This document shows, piece after piece, positions 9,106-18,257 of a DNA stretch of 32,000 nucleotides (the first letter of the stretch is position 1; each line of letters opens with the position of its first letter). Source of the stretch: an uncultured Actinomycetota bacterium (GTDB taxonomy: Bacteria; Actinomycetota; Actinomycetes; Mycobacteriales; Cryptosporangiaceae); the NCBI GenBank assembly GCA_963742725.1, contig CAVUMX010000003.1, positions 225,087 through 257,086 on the forward strand, in the 5' to 3' direction. The position numbers and the translations under genes are program-made. A model generated the notes under the pieces. It saw nothing but the letters and a program-made list of their open reading frames with translations, searched no databases and was not told the DNA's origin.

Positions 9106-10307
9106 TCCGCTGCTCCGGAACATCTCTGAATTGGAAGCCCACTGATGTGAGCTTCATGCAACCGTCGGTGCGGATCCGTGGGCGCATGTCTCGTCTTTAT
9201 GCAGGCGAGGTCGGTGAGGGTCAGAAGCTCCTGTCGACTGGTCGACGCCAGGTGCGCCGCATCCAGGCTGCGCCTGGCGGCTTGCAGGTGTCGATCGGCT
9301 TCGGCTCGGCCCCAGTCGAGTGCCCCCAGCGACTCCAGCCGCGCGGTCATGGGGCGGATCTCAGCTTCGTCGGGCATATGTGGGCGGGCATAGAAGCCGA
9401 TGAGATCGTCGCCGGGCGGGGCGACAGAGAGCGCGTAAGTGACCGGCAAGGACTTCTTACGGGTACGAATGTCAGCGCCGACGGGCTTGCCGGTTTGTGT
9501 CGGGTCGCCCCAGATACCCAGCATGTCGTCGGCTAGTTGGAAGGCCAGGCCGAGGTGCCGTCCGTAGGCTTCCAGAGCTGTGATCGTCGCCGTATCGGCT
9601 CCGCCGAGCAGGGCGCCAAGGTGTGCGGCACAGGCGACCAGCGATGCGGTCTTGCCGTCGACCATGCGATAGCAGTCGGCGGGCGTGACGCTGCTGCGCG
9701 TCTCGAAGTCAAGGTCAAGGGCTTGGCCGATAACGAGCTGCCTATAGGTCTCGGCCAGGACGCTCGCGGCAGCCACACCGCTGGCGTTGCCGTGCCGCAG
9801 GAGCACACTGAATGCGAGGACGATGAGCGCGTCCCCCGCCAGGAGAGCCGCCGATTCGCCGAAGACTGTCCAGGCGGTTGGTCGGTGTCGCCGAAGCTGG
9901 TCGTGGTCCATTACATCGTCTTGGAGAAGCGAGCTATTGTGCGCCAGTTCGACCGCGACGGCACCGGGCAGGGCGGCGTTCAAGGAACCTCCCACGCCTT
10001 GGGCACATCGGATGACAATGGCCGACCGCAGCATCTTTCCGTGGTCACCGTTGGATTGCCGACCGTCGGCGGTAGTCCATCCGAAGTGGTAACTCACAAC
10101 TCGGCGGATGGACTCGTCCAGTTGCAGCACCGCGGCACGAAGCTCTGCGTCCACGTGCCTTTTGAACTCGCCATTCGCCTCGGGAACGGCCGTTCGCTCC
10201 AGGACCCGCGCTGCTACCGCCGTGGGTATGACGTCCATGAGAGGGCCTTCGGGTGCAGGGGGACTTTGGTCACCTCTGACAGTGCGCCCGGTCACAGCCG
10301 AACTCAT
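9102..10307 (-). CDS. polyprenyl diphosphate synthase (GGPP-synthase-like), first gene of the lower-G+C operon
   Basis: Motifs LLQDDVMDHDQLRRHRP and [13 protein letters not shown]. It is a paralogue of the 941-1948 gene. An alternative start at ATG 10238 (MDVIPT..., preceded by GAAGG) would give a more typical N-terminus. Confidence 0.88.
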   Translation of the reverse strand: MSSAVTGRTVRGDQSPPAPEGPLMDVIPTAVAARVLERTAVPEANGEFKRHVDAELRAAVLQLDESIRRVVSYHFGWTTADGRQSNGDHGKMLRSAIVIRCAQGVGGSLNAALPGAVAVELAHNSSLLQDDVMDHDQLRRHRPTAWTVFGESAALLAGDALIVLAFSVLLRHGNASGVAAASVLAETYRQLVIGQALDLDFETRSSVTPADCYRMVDGKTASLVACAAHLGALLGGADTATITALEAYGRHLGLAFQLADDMLGIWGDPTQTGKPVGADIRTRKKSLPVTYALSVAPPGDDLIGFYARPHMPDEAEIRPMTARLESLGALDWGRAEADRHLQAARRSLDAAHLASTSRQELLTLTDLACIKTRHAPTDPHRRLHEAHISGLPIQRCSGAAE

Positions 10308-10310
10308 CAG

Positions 10311-10700
10311 TCAGGCGACCAGACCCGGAACGTGAACTTCGGTAATTCGCGCAGGGCCTGATGTCCTGGGCCGGACACGACATATGTCATGCGGCCGGAG
10401 CGCCGCGGGTCGCGGGCAGTGATGGAGAAGCACGGTGAGGCTGGCGCGGCGAGCCGGAGCGCCGCGAGCAGACCGGCGAGCAGCCCGTGACCGGCGGGCG
10501 GCACTGTCGAGGAGAGGGGTGAACGTTGGACCCACCGGAACGCGGTCACGTGGTCGACCTCCACACCGCGTTTGGCCAGCAGTTCCTCGGCATCGCGGTA
10601 GGACGGCCCGAACGCTCTGTGCCACCAGCCACCAGCCAGCAGGCGCCAGCGATCTGCGCCCCCGGGGACGTGCCGGCGCTGGCTTGGACGGGTCGGACCG
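10311..10700 (-). mobile_element. IS6-family transposase remnant (N-terminal HTH part only, frameshifted and truncated)
   Basis: The minus strand reads ...RWRLLAGGWWHRAFGPSYRDAEELLAKRGVEVDHVTAFRWVQ, then after a frame change FTPLLDSAAR. This matches my memory of IS6/IS6100-type transposase N-termini (..VRWYLR..LSYRD.EELLAERG..VDH.T.YRWVQRFTP..). I saw no DDE catalytic region and no terminal inverted repeats. Confidence 0.55.
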
Positions 10701-10781
10701 CAGGCTCAACGTGGCGTCCCTGGGGCGGCGTGCCTGAACGACCACGGTGACCGTACGCAAAGCCGCAGGTACGCTGGGTCG

Positions 10782-13286
10782 GTGGATCCCCTCCGGCGCG
10801 GGCCTGGTGGACGGGCCGCGCGCCGCCCGGTCATCGGCATGCTGACAGAGACCCTCGACCTCGAACTCTGGGCCGAGCAGTGGCTCGGCGCGGTCGACGG
10901 CGCGCGGTTCACCGAGTGCGACTTCATCTGCTTCTGCGGCCGGGCGCTGCAGGGCGCGGGGCCCGCCGGCCGCGCGAACGCGATCTACGACCTCGTCACG
11001 CCGCGGTCGGTCGACGCGCTCGTCGTCTGGACGAGCACGCTCGGGATCAACGTCGGCAGCGAGGGCGTGGCGGCGTTCTGCCAGCGCTTCGCCCCGGTGC
11101 CGATCGTGAGTGTGGAGCAGTCGCTGGGTCAGGCGCCCGTGGTCGGCATGGACGACCGGCAGGGCATGCACGCGGTCGTCAGCCACCTGATCGAGGCACA
11201 TGGCCGGCGGCACATCGCCTTCGTGCACGGGCCTGCCAACCACGAGGGCGCCGGCGAGCGGTACCGGGGCTACCGCGGCGCGATGGCCGAGCACGGGCTC
11301 ACCGTCGATCCGGACTGGGTGTCCACGCGCCCGTCGTCGTGGGCGCCGGAGGAGGCGGCCGCCTCGGTCGCCCGCATGCTCCGGCACGGGCGCCCGCCCG
11401 AGGCGGTGGCGGCCGCCAACGACCACATCGCGCTCGGTGCCCTCTACGCGCTGGCCGCCGCCGGTCTGCGCGTGCCCGACGACGTCGCGGTGGTCGGATT
11501 CGACGACTTCATGACGATCCGCGAACACGATCTGTGGTTCGACAGCGCCCCAGACAGCGGGGACGAGGTCAGCACCAGCACCAGCGAGGGTGAGGTCACC
11601 GTCGGAGCGCTGTCGCTTACCACGGCGCACGCACCGTTCCACGAGATGGGCCGCCGCTCAGTCGCGGTCGCCCTCGACCTGATCCGTGGCGAGACAGTGC
11701 CGCCGCTGGTCAAGGTGCCGACAGAGTTGGTCGTGCGGCGTTCCTGCGGCTGCTCGCCGCACACTGGCCGCCACGGCCGCGGCGCCGGCGATCAGCAGCC
11801 CGCGACCGTGTCGCCGGAACGCCCCACGATCCAGCTCCGGCGGGCCGCCAGGCACCGCGCCACCCAGCTCCCGGAGGACTGGCCCGAGCGGCTCACGAGC
11901 GAGTTCGAGCGCGCGATCCGCGGGGAGGACCACGTCTTCCTCGGCCTGCTCGACGAACTCGTGCTGTCGAACCTGCGCTCGGTGGAGAAGGCCGTGAACT
12001 GGCCCCGCGCGCTGACCGCCCTGCGCCAGCTGGTCGAGCGCCCCACCGCGATGCCGGAGGAGGCCGTGCGCGCCGAGGACCTGTGGCTGCGCGCCCAGCT
12101 GTCCGTGAACGAGATCGTCGAGCGGCAGTGGCGTTACGCGCAGGTGCTCACCGACCGGCGGAACAAGATCATGCGTGAGGTCGGGCAGCGGCTGATCGCC
12201 GCGTCCGACGTCAAGGAGCTGGCCGACGTCCTGGCCGAGCAACTGCCCAAGATCGCCCTGCCGGGCTGCTACCTCGCCCTGTACGAGTCGGCGATGGCGA
12301 CCGAGACCGTGTCCGGCCGGCCACCGCAGGATGCGGCGCGCGACCGGTCGCGGTTGCTGCTCGCCTACGAGAACGGCGCGCGCCTCGACGTCAACGGCGA
12401 ATCGCCGGTCCTCGACTCGGTCGAGGTCGTGCCAGGCGGCCGGCTCGACCGGGCGGAGCCCTACAGCATCGTGGCCGCTCCGCTGTACTTCCAGGAGGAG
12501 CATCTCGGGTTCGCGCTGTTCGAGCTCGGGCCGCGGATCGGCTGGATCTACACGGCGCTGCAGGAGCAGATCAGTACCGCGCTGCACCGCGCGCTGCTGG
12601 TCGAGCGCGAGCGGCTGGCGCACATCGTCGTCCAGGAGGCGCACCGGCGCGAGGAGCGCCAACGGCTCGCCGGCGAGCTGCACGACTCCGTCTCGCAGGC
12701 CCTGTTCTCGATGACGCTGCACACGCGCGCCGTGCAGCTGGCGGTGGAGCGGGGCGAATACCAGTCCGGTCACGTGGTCGACGGGCTGGCCCAACTCAGC
12801 CAGTTGACCGAGAGCGCGCTGGCGGACATGCGGTCACTGATCTTCCAGCTCCGCCCGGATGCACTGCGCGAGGAGGGTCTCGTCACCGCGATCCGCAGGC
12901 ACGCCGCCGCGGTGTCGGTCCGGGAAGGGCTCGTCGTCGACGTGTACGCGGACACCGAGCGGTTGCCGCTCGACGAGCGTGCGGAGGAAGAGCTGCTGCG
13001 CGTGATCCAGGAGGCGCTGCACAACTGCGTCAAGCACGCCCGGGCCGGTCATGTGGAGATCCGGATGGCGGAGTCCGGTGAGACGCCGGGGACGCTGATC
13101 GTGGAGGTCGCCGACGATGGCATCGGCTTCGACCCGGGCGCGCGCTACCCCGGGCACCTCGGCCTTGACGGCATGCGTGAACGCGCGCAGCGCCTCGGCG
13201 GACGCCTGGCCATCGACAGTTCTCCCGCCGGGTCGACGGTCCGCGCGGTGCTGCCCGGCCTCCTCGCGGACCGGCCTGCGACCTAG
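10782..13286 (+). CDS. cytoplasmic sensor histidine kinase: LacI-type periplasmic-binding-fold ligand domain + GAF-like middle region + HisKA_3/HATPase_c (NarL-class kinase)
   Basis: The N-terminal third resembles a LacI/PBP1 sugar-binding core (IAFVHGPANHEGAGERYRGYRGAMAEHGL..., AANDHIALGALYALAAAGLRVPDDVAVVGFDDF) without an HTH. H-box AGELHDSVSQALFS, N-box EALHNCVKHA, G-boxes DDGIGFD and GHLGLDGMRERAQRLGG. No obvious TM segment. The GTG start at 10782 is uncertain; ATG 10839 is possible. Confidence 0.88.
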   Translation: MDPLRRGPGGRAARRPVIGMLTETLDLELWAEQWLGAVDGARFTECDFICFCGRALQGAGPAGRANAIYDLVTPRSVDALVVWTSTLGINVGSEGVAAFCQRFAPVPIVSVEQSLGQAPVVGMDDRQGMHAVVSHLIEAHGRRHIAFVHGPANHEGAGERYRGYRGAMAEHGLTVDPDWVSTRPSSWAPEEAAASVARMLRHGRPPEAVAAANDHIALGALYALAAAGLRVPDDVAVVGFDDFMTIREHDLWFDSAPDSGDEVSTSTSEGEVTVGALSLTTAHAPFHEMGRRSVAVALDLIRGETVPPLVKVPTELVVRRSCGCSPHTGRHGRGAGDQQPATVSPERPTIQLRRAARHRATQLPEDWPERLTSEFERAIRGEDHVFLGLLDELVLSNLRSVEKAVNWPRALTALRQLVERPTAMPEEAVRAEDLWLRAQLSVNEIVERQWRYAQVLTDRRNKIMREVGQRLIAASDVKELADVLAEQLPKIALPGCYLALYESAMATETVSGRPPQDAARDRSRLLLAYENGARLDVNGESPVLDSVEVVPGGRLDRAEPYSIVAAPLYFQEEHLGFALFELGPRIGWIYTALQEQISTALHRALLVERERLAHIVVQEAHRREERQRLAGELHDSVSQALFSMTLHTRAVQLAVERGEYQSGHVVDGLAQLSQLTESALADMRSLIFQLRPDALREEGLVTAIRRHAAAVSVREGLVVDVYADTERLPLDERAEEELLRVIQEALHNCVKHARAGHVEIRMAESGETPGTLIVEVADDGIGFDPGARYPGHLGLDGMRERAQRLGGRLAIDSSPAGSTVRAVLPGLLADRPAT

Positions 13287-13426
13287 CGCCGCTGCGCCAC
13301 GCTGTCGCGGGCGACCCCGGCCCGAGACTGCGAGCCGCTGGAGATGAGGACGGCTGCGAACGCCGTTCGTGGCCTCACCGAGCTCCGACCGGGTGGCTGG
13401 GTGCCGTCCGCGACCACCCCGAAGGA

Positions 13427-13460
13427 CCGCGGGCCGCTGCTGGCCGGCAGCAGCCCGCGG
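13427..13460. terminator. GC-rich hairpin between convergent genes (possible bidirectional terminator)
   Basis: CCGCGGGC-CGC-TGCTG-GCCGG-CAGCA-GCCCGCGG forms an 8-bp plus 5-bp stem with a 3-nt bulge and a 5-nt loop. It lies in the 280-nt gap between the kinase stop (13286) and the minus-strand stop at 13567. There is no U-tract. Confidence 0.3.
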
Positions 13461-13566
13461 TTCGGCGAGGGTGCGCGATCTCGGTGATCAGCTGGAGCGG
13501 TTCGCCGGCCTCGCGGCAGCGGTCCGCCGAACGCCGCGCGCAGCTTCGGTTCGCCGGCGGCGAGGC

Positions 13567-13863
13567 CTAGACGCAGCGGGCCTGGATCAGGACGTACGCA
13601 CCCCACCAGTTCGGGCCGAGCTGGTGCGCGCCGCCGGACGTGTTGAGCACGGTGCAGGTCGTGCCGGTCTCGGCCTCGTGGGCTGCCTTGTCGGCGTTGG
13701 CCTCGGCGGCGGCGCCGGCCCGCGCCGCGGCCTCGGTGGTGCCCTCGTCGCCGCCCGCGAAGTAGCGTGGGTACGACGGGGCGGCGGTAGCGGGTGCCGC
13801 CGTCGCGCCGGCAAGCGCCAGGCCGAGCACGATCGGGACGAGTGCGGTTCGGATTGAGCGCAT
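13567..13863 (-). CDS. small secreted protein of unknown function (98 aa, signal peptide, 2 Cys)
   Basis: ATG at 13863. MRSIRTALVPIVLGLALAGATAAPATAAP is a Sec-type signal peptide. The mature part carries Cys70 and Cys97. The gene sits 53 nt downstream of dxs on the same strand. I recognise no family. Confidence 0.6.
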   Translation of the reverse strand: MRSIRTALVPIVLGLALAGATAAPATAAPSYPRYFAGGDEGTTEAAARAGAAAEANADKAAHEAETGTTCTVLNTSGGAHQLGPNWWGAYVLIQARCV

Positions 13864-13916
13864 GGCGATTCCTCCAAGGACGTGGTGCGACCGGCCGCCC
13901 CCATGAACGGCCGGAG

Positions 13917-15677
13917 TCAGAGCGCGCGGATTGTCCGGGCGATGCCCGCCGCGTCGAGGCCCAGTTCGGCCAGGATCGCGCCGCGCGAACCGTGCGGCAG
14001 GAAGTTCCGCGGCACGCCGAGCACATGCAGCGGCGTGGCGACACCGGCGTCGTGCAGCGCCTGGCCGAGCAGCGACCCGACGCCGCCGGTCCGGCCGCAG
14101 TCCTCGACCGCGACCACGTGCCGGTGCGCGGCGGCGAGTCGGACCAGTTCCGGCGGGACCGGCACCGGCCAGCGTGGGTCGACCACGGTCACGCCGGGCA
14201 GGGTGCGCGCGGCGGCGACGCCGGCTGAGGCGAGCGCGCCGACGGCGACCAGCAGGACGTCCGGCCGCTCGCCCCGGACCAGCACGTCCACCCCGCCGGC
14301 CCGGCCGACGGCGGGCACCGGGTCGCCGACGGTGGCCTTCGGGTACCGGACCACGGTCGGTGCGTCCGCCACCCCGACCGCCTCCCACAGCGCGGCCCGC
14401 AGCTGGTCGGCGTCGCGCGGGGCTGCCACCCGCAGCCCGGGGATCGGCGCGAGCAGCGACAGGTCCCACATGCCGTGGTGGGACGCGCCGTCCTCGCCGG
14501 TGACGCCGGCCCGGTCGAGGACCACGGTGACCCCGCAGCGGTGCAGGGCTGCGTCCATCAGTAGCTGGTCGACCGCGCGGTTCAGGAACGTGGCGTAGAG
14601 CGCGACCACCGGGTGCAGGCCGCCCAGCGCCAGGCCGGCGGCCGAGGCGAGCGCGTGCTGCTCGGCGATACCCACGTCGAAGACCCGGTCCGGCCGGGCC
14701 TGCGCCATCGGGTGCAGCCCGACCGGGCGGAGCATCGCCGCGGTGATGGCGACCACGTCGGGGCGGGTCGCGGCGATCTCGGCCATGGTCTCGGCGAACA
14801 CGTGCGTCCAGGTGCGGCCGCCGGCGGTGCGCGGCCGGCCGGTGAGCGGGTCGAGCTGGCCGATGCCGTGCATGTGGTCGGCGAGGTCGCGCTCGGCGGG
14901 GCGGTAGCCGCGGCCCTTGCTGGTGACGCAGTGGACGACGGTGGGCCGGCCGCGCGCGTCGGCGCGGCGCAACGCCGCCTCCAGCGCGGGCACGTCGTGG
15001 CCGTCGACCGGGCCGAGGTAGTCGAAGCCGAGCGCCTCGAAGATGGTCCACGGTTCGCCGGTGCCGGCGCGCAGCCGGCCCAGGTGCTCGGCGAGGCCGC
15101 CGACGGTCGGGCAGTACGAGCGGCCGTTGTCGTTGAGCACGATGACGACCCGGCCGTGCGGGTTGCGGCTCAGGTTGTTCAGCGCCTCCCAGGCCATGCC
15201 GCCGGTCAGCGCGCCGTCGCCGACGATCGGCACCACCCGCCGACCGGACTCGCCGCGCAGGTGGAACGCCTTCGCCAGCCCGTCGGCGTAGGACAGCGCG
15301 GTGGACGCGTGCGAGTTCTCGATGACGTCGTGCGCGCTCTCGTCGCGGCTCGGGTAGCCGGACAGCCCGTGCCGCTGGCGGAGGGTGGACAGGTCGCGCC
15401 GTCCGGTCAGGAGCTTGTGGACGTACGCCTGGTGGCCGGTGTCGAAGAGCAGCGCGTCCTGCGGCGAGTCGAAGACCCGGTGCAGCGCGATGGTCAGCTC
15501 GACCACGCCGAGGTTCGGCCCGAGGTGGCCACCGGTGGCGCAGACCCGCTCGACCAGGATCTCGCGGATCTCGGCGGCGAGCGGAGAAAGCTGGCTGTCG
15601 TTGAGTTCGCGCAGGTCGGCGGGGTGGCTGATCCGGTCGAGGAGCGGGTAGGAGACCGGGGCGGCGTAGGCGACCAT
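13917..15677 (-). CDS. dxs: 1-deoxy-D-xylulose-5-phosphate synthase (MEP pathway)
   Basis: The 586-aa product is collinear with DXS: [29 protein letters not shown], thiamine-diphosphate motif [16 protein letters not shown]...[13 protein letters not shown] and [15 protein letters not shown]. The start A at 15677 is shared with the ispG TGA. Confidence 0.95.
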   Translation of the reverse strand: MVAYAAPVSYPLLDRISHPADLRELNDSQLSPLAAEIREILVERVCATGGHLGPNLGVVELTIALHRVFDSPQDALLFDTGHQAYVHKLLTGRRDLSTLRQRHGLSGYPSRDESAHDVIENSHASTALSYADGLAKAFHLRGESGRRVVPIVGDGALTGGMAWEALNNLSRNPHGRVVIVLNDNGRSYCPTVGGLAEHLGRLRAGTGEPWTIFEALGFDYLGPVDGHDVPALEAALRRADARGRPTVVHCVTSKGRGYRPAERDLADHMHGIGQLDPLTGRPRTAGGRTWTHVFAETMAEIAATRPDVVAITAAMLRPVGLHPMAQARPDRVFDVGIAEQHALASAAGLALGGLHPVVALYATFLNRAVDQLLMDAALHRCGVTVVLDRAGVTGEDGASHHGMWDLSLLAPIPGLRVAAPRDADQLRAALWEAVGVADAPTVVRYPKATVGDPVPAVGRAGGVDVLVRGERPDVLLVAVGALASAGVAAARTLPGVTVVDPRWPVPVPPELVRLAAAHRHVVAVEDCGRTGGVGSLLGQALHDAGVATPLHVLGVPRNFLPHGSRGAILAELGLDAAGIARTIRAL

Positions 15678-16848
15678 CAGTGCACCTCCACCCGGACGCC
15701 ACCGGTCAGCTCGGCCAGCTCGTCGGGGAGGTCGGCGCCCATCTCCTCAGCCAGGCGCAGCGCTTCGTAGATCAGGGTTTCCACGATCTGGGACTCGGGC
15801 ACGGTTTTGATGACTTCGCCCTTGACGAAGATCTGGCCCTTGCCGTTCCCGGAGGCGACCCCCAGGTCGGCCTCACGCGCCTCACCCGGGCCCGTTCACC
15901 ACGCAGCCCATGACCGCGACCCGCAGCGGCACCGGCAACCCTTCCAGCCCGGCGGACACTTCCTCAGCCAACGTGTAGACGTCGACCTGCGCACGCCGCA
16001 CAGGAGGGGCAGGACACGATCTCCAGACCACGCTCGCGTAGACCCAACGATTCCAGGATCTGGTTACCGACCTTCACCTCCTCCACCGGCGGCGCCGACA
16101 GCGAGACCCGGATCGTGTCCCCGATCCCCTCAGCCAGCAGCGCCCCGAACGCCACCGCCGATTTGATGGTGCCCTGGAACGCCGGCCCGGCCTCCGTCAC
16201 ACCAAGGTGCAGCGGATAGTCACACGCCGCCGCCAACTGCCGGTACGCCTGCACCATCACCACCGGGTCGTTGTGCTTCACCGAAATCTTGATGTCCCGG
16301 AAATCGTGCTCCTCAAACAGCGAGCACTCCCACAACGCCGACTCCACCAACGCCTCCGGCGTCGCCCGCCCATACTTCTCCAGCAGCCGCTTATCCAACG
16401 AGCCGGCGTTCACCCCGATCCGGATCGGCACCCCCGCCCCCGCCGCCGCCCGCGCGATCTCCCCGACCTTGTCATCGAAGGCCTTGATGTTGCCCGGGTT
16501 CACCCGCACCGCCGCACACCCCGCCTCGATCGCCGCGAACACATACTTCGGCTGGAAATGAATATCGGCGATCACCGGAATCGGGGACTTCCGCGCGATG
16601 ATCGGCAACGCCTCCGCGTCATCCGCCGACGGCACCGCCACCCGCACGATCTGACACCCGGCGGCGGTGAGTTCCGCGATCTGCTGCAACGTCGCGTTGA
16701 TATCCGTCGTCGGCGTCGTCGTCATCGACTGCACCGACACCGGCGCATCCCCACCCACCAACACCGACCCCACCCTGATCTGACGAGACCGACGACGCAC
16801 AGCAAGCTTCGCAACGGGCAGGGCGGGCATGCCAAGCGAGAGAGTCAT
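15677..16848 (-). pseudogene. ispG: 4-hydroxy-3-methylbut-2-enyl diphosphate synthase (IspG/GcpE) interrupted by two +1 insertions in its 3' quarter (pseudogene or sequencing errors)
   Basis: From the ATG at 16848 the frame gives 294 aa of clear IspG ending ...[20 protein letters not shown] (stop at 15964). Dropping one base near 15998 restores [40 protein letters not shown]. Dropping one base in the C-run at 15885-15887 restores [37 protein letters not shown]...VEVH* (stop at 15677-15679). The span is 1172 nt, i.e. 390 codons plus 2. Confidence 0.85.
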
Positions 16849-18257
16849 GGCTTCACCTCGAGTGCGGTCTCCTCGGGTGTCGCTTTCCACCCGTCGTCGG
16901 AACTGCTGGTGCGGTTCGGGAGCAGTGCGGCGAGCAGCGCGCCGGCGAGCGCGACGGCGACCAGCAGCCACACGGTGTCGTGGAACGCCGTCACGCCGGC
17001 GGCCCGCGCCTGGTAGAACGCGGCCACGCCGGCGATGCCGAGCGAGCCGCCGACCCGTTGGACCACGTTGAACAGCGTGCTGACGTCGGTCACGTCGGCT
17101 GTGCTCTGGCGGGTCAGCATGCCGGTGATGAGCGGTTGCAGGGTCAGGCCCAGGGCGGCGCCGCGCCCGGTGAGCAGCAGCGCGATCAGCCACGGCGGCG
17201 TCTGCGCGGACACCGTGAGCAGCAGCGCGGTGGTCGCGGTGAGCACGGCCATCCCGCTGACCACCGTGGTCCGCAGCCCTACCGCGGCGATCAGCTTCTC
17301 GCCCAGCCCCGAGCAGAGCCCCATCGCGATGCCCTGCGGGAAGAGCACCAGGCCGGCGACCAGGGCGGAGTGGCCCTGCACCTGCAACGTGAAGATCGGG
17401 ATCAGGAACAGCACGGCGAACAGCACCACGGAAGCGACGACGCACACCGCCACCGCGACCCGGCTGCTCCGGTCGGCGAGCAGTCGCAGCGACACGGCCG
17501 GGTGCGCGGTCCGGCGTTCGTGGGCGAGGTACCCGGCGAGCAGGATCAGTCCGGCCAGGCAGCACGGCCAACCGTCGAGCGCGTCCCAGCCATCGCTGGT
17601 GATCACCGACGCGCCGTATGTGGCCAGCGTCGCACCGGCGGCCAGCATGGCGAGTCCGCGCAGGTCGAGCGGGGACCGGTCGGTGGTCGGCGGGTCGGGC
17701 GCGAGTTTGCGCGCACCGAGCAGGCCGATCGCGACCAGCGGCACGTTGATCAGGAAGATCGGCCGCCAGCCCGTGGACGCGGTGATCAGGCCGCCGATGG
17801 TCGGACCGAGTGCCGGGGCGAGGAAGAAGAACATCCCGGCCATTACCGGGGGCCGCATCTTGCCGCCGCCGCCGAAGAGCAGCGAGAGCGCGAGCGGGAT
17901 CAGCGGCGCGCTGGCCACCCCCTGCAACGCCCGCAGCCCGATCAGCGCCTCGATGCCCGGCGCGGCGGCACAGGCGGCCGAGGCGAGCCCGAACGCGACC
18001 AGCGCCGCGAGGTACGTACGCCGGGTGCCGTACCGGCGGGCCAGCCACGCCGTCGCCGGCAGTGCCGCGGCGATGCCGAGCAGGTAGGCGCTGACCGTCC
18101 AGCCGACGGCCGCGAGTGAGGCGTCCAGCTCGCGGGCGATCGTCGGCACCGCCACGTTCACCGCGTTCGAGTCCACCATGGACACGAAAGGGCCGCAGAC
18201 CAGCCCGATCAGCACCAGCGCGGACGGCCGGGCCGGCGCGCGCTCAGTGGGGGACAT
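16845..18257 (-). CDS. MFS transporter, DHA2 (EmrB/QacA-like) drug/metabolite exporter
   Basis: Multi-TM protein with the typical DHA2 N-terminus ([21 protein letters not shown]..., [11 protein letters not shown]). The ATG at 18257 is preceded by GAGGAGGA; the ORF track uses a GTG at 18275. Its stop overlaps the ispG ATG (ATGA), and its start overlaps the monooxygenase 3' end by 14 nt. Confidence 0.9.
   Translation of the reverse strand: MSPTERAPARPSALVLIGLVCGPFVSMVDSNAVNVAVPTIARELDASLAAVGWTVSAYLLGIAAALPATAWLARRYGTRRTYLAALVAFGLASAACAAAPGIEALIGLRALQGVASAPLIPLALSLLFGGGGKMRPPVMAGMFFFLAPALGPTIGGLITASTGWRPIFLINVPLVAIGLLGARKLAPDPPTTDRSPLDLRGLAMLAAGATLATYGASVITSDGWDALDGWPCCLAGLILLAGYLAHERRTAHPAVSLRLLADRSSRVAVAVCVVASVVLFAVLFLIPIFTLQVQGHSALVAGLVLFPQGIAMGLCSGLGEKLIAAVGLRTTVVSGMAVLTATTALLLTVSAQTPPWLIALLLTGRGAALGLTLQPLITGMLTRQSTADVTDVSTLFNVVQRVGGSLGIAGVAAFYQARAAGVTAFHDTVWLLVAVALAGALLAALLPNRTSSSDDGWKATPEETALEVKP

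Noticed and set aside
10311-12794. Long minus-strand ORFs (10311-11642 and 11658-12794) opposite the histidine kinase gene.
   Set aside because: They are antisense shadows of a well-supported plus-strand gene. Only the extreme 3' end of 10311-11642 carries signal, the FTPLLDSAAR piece of the IS6 remnant, and that is reported separately.
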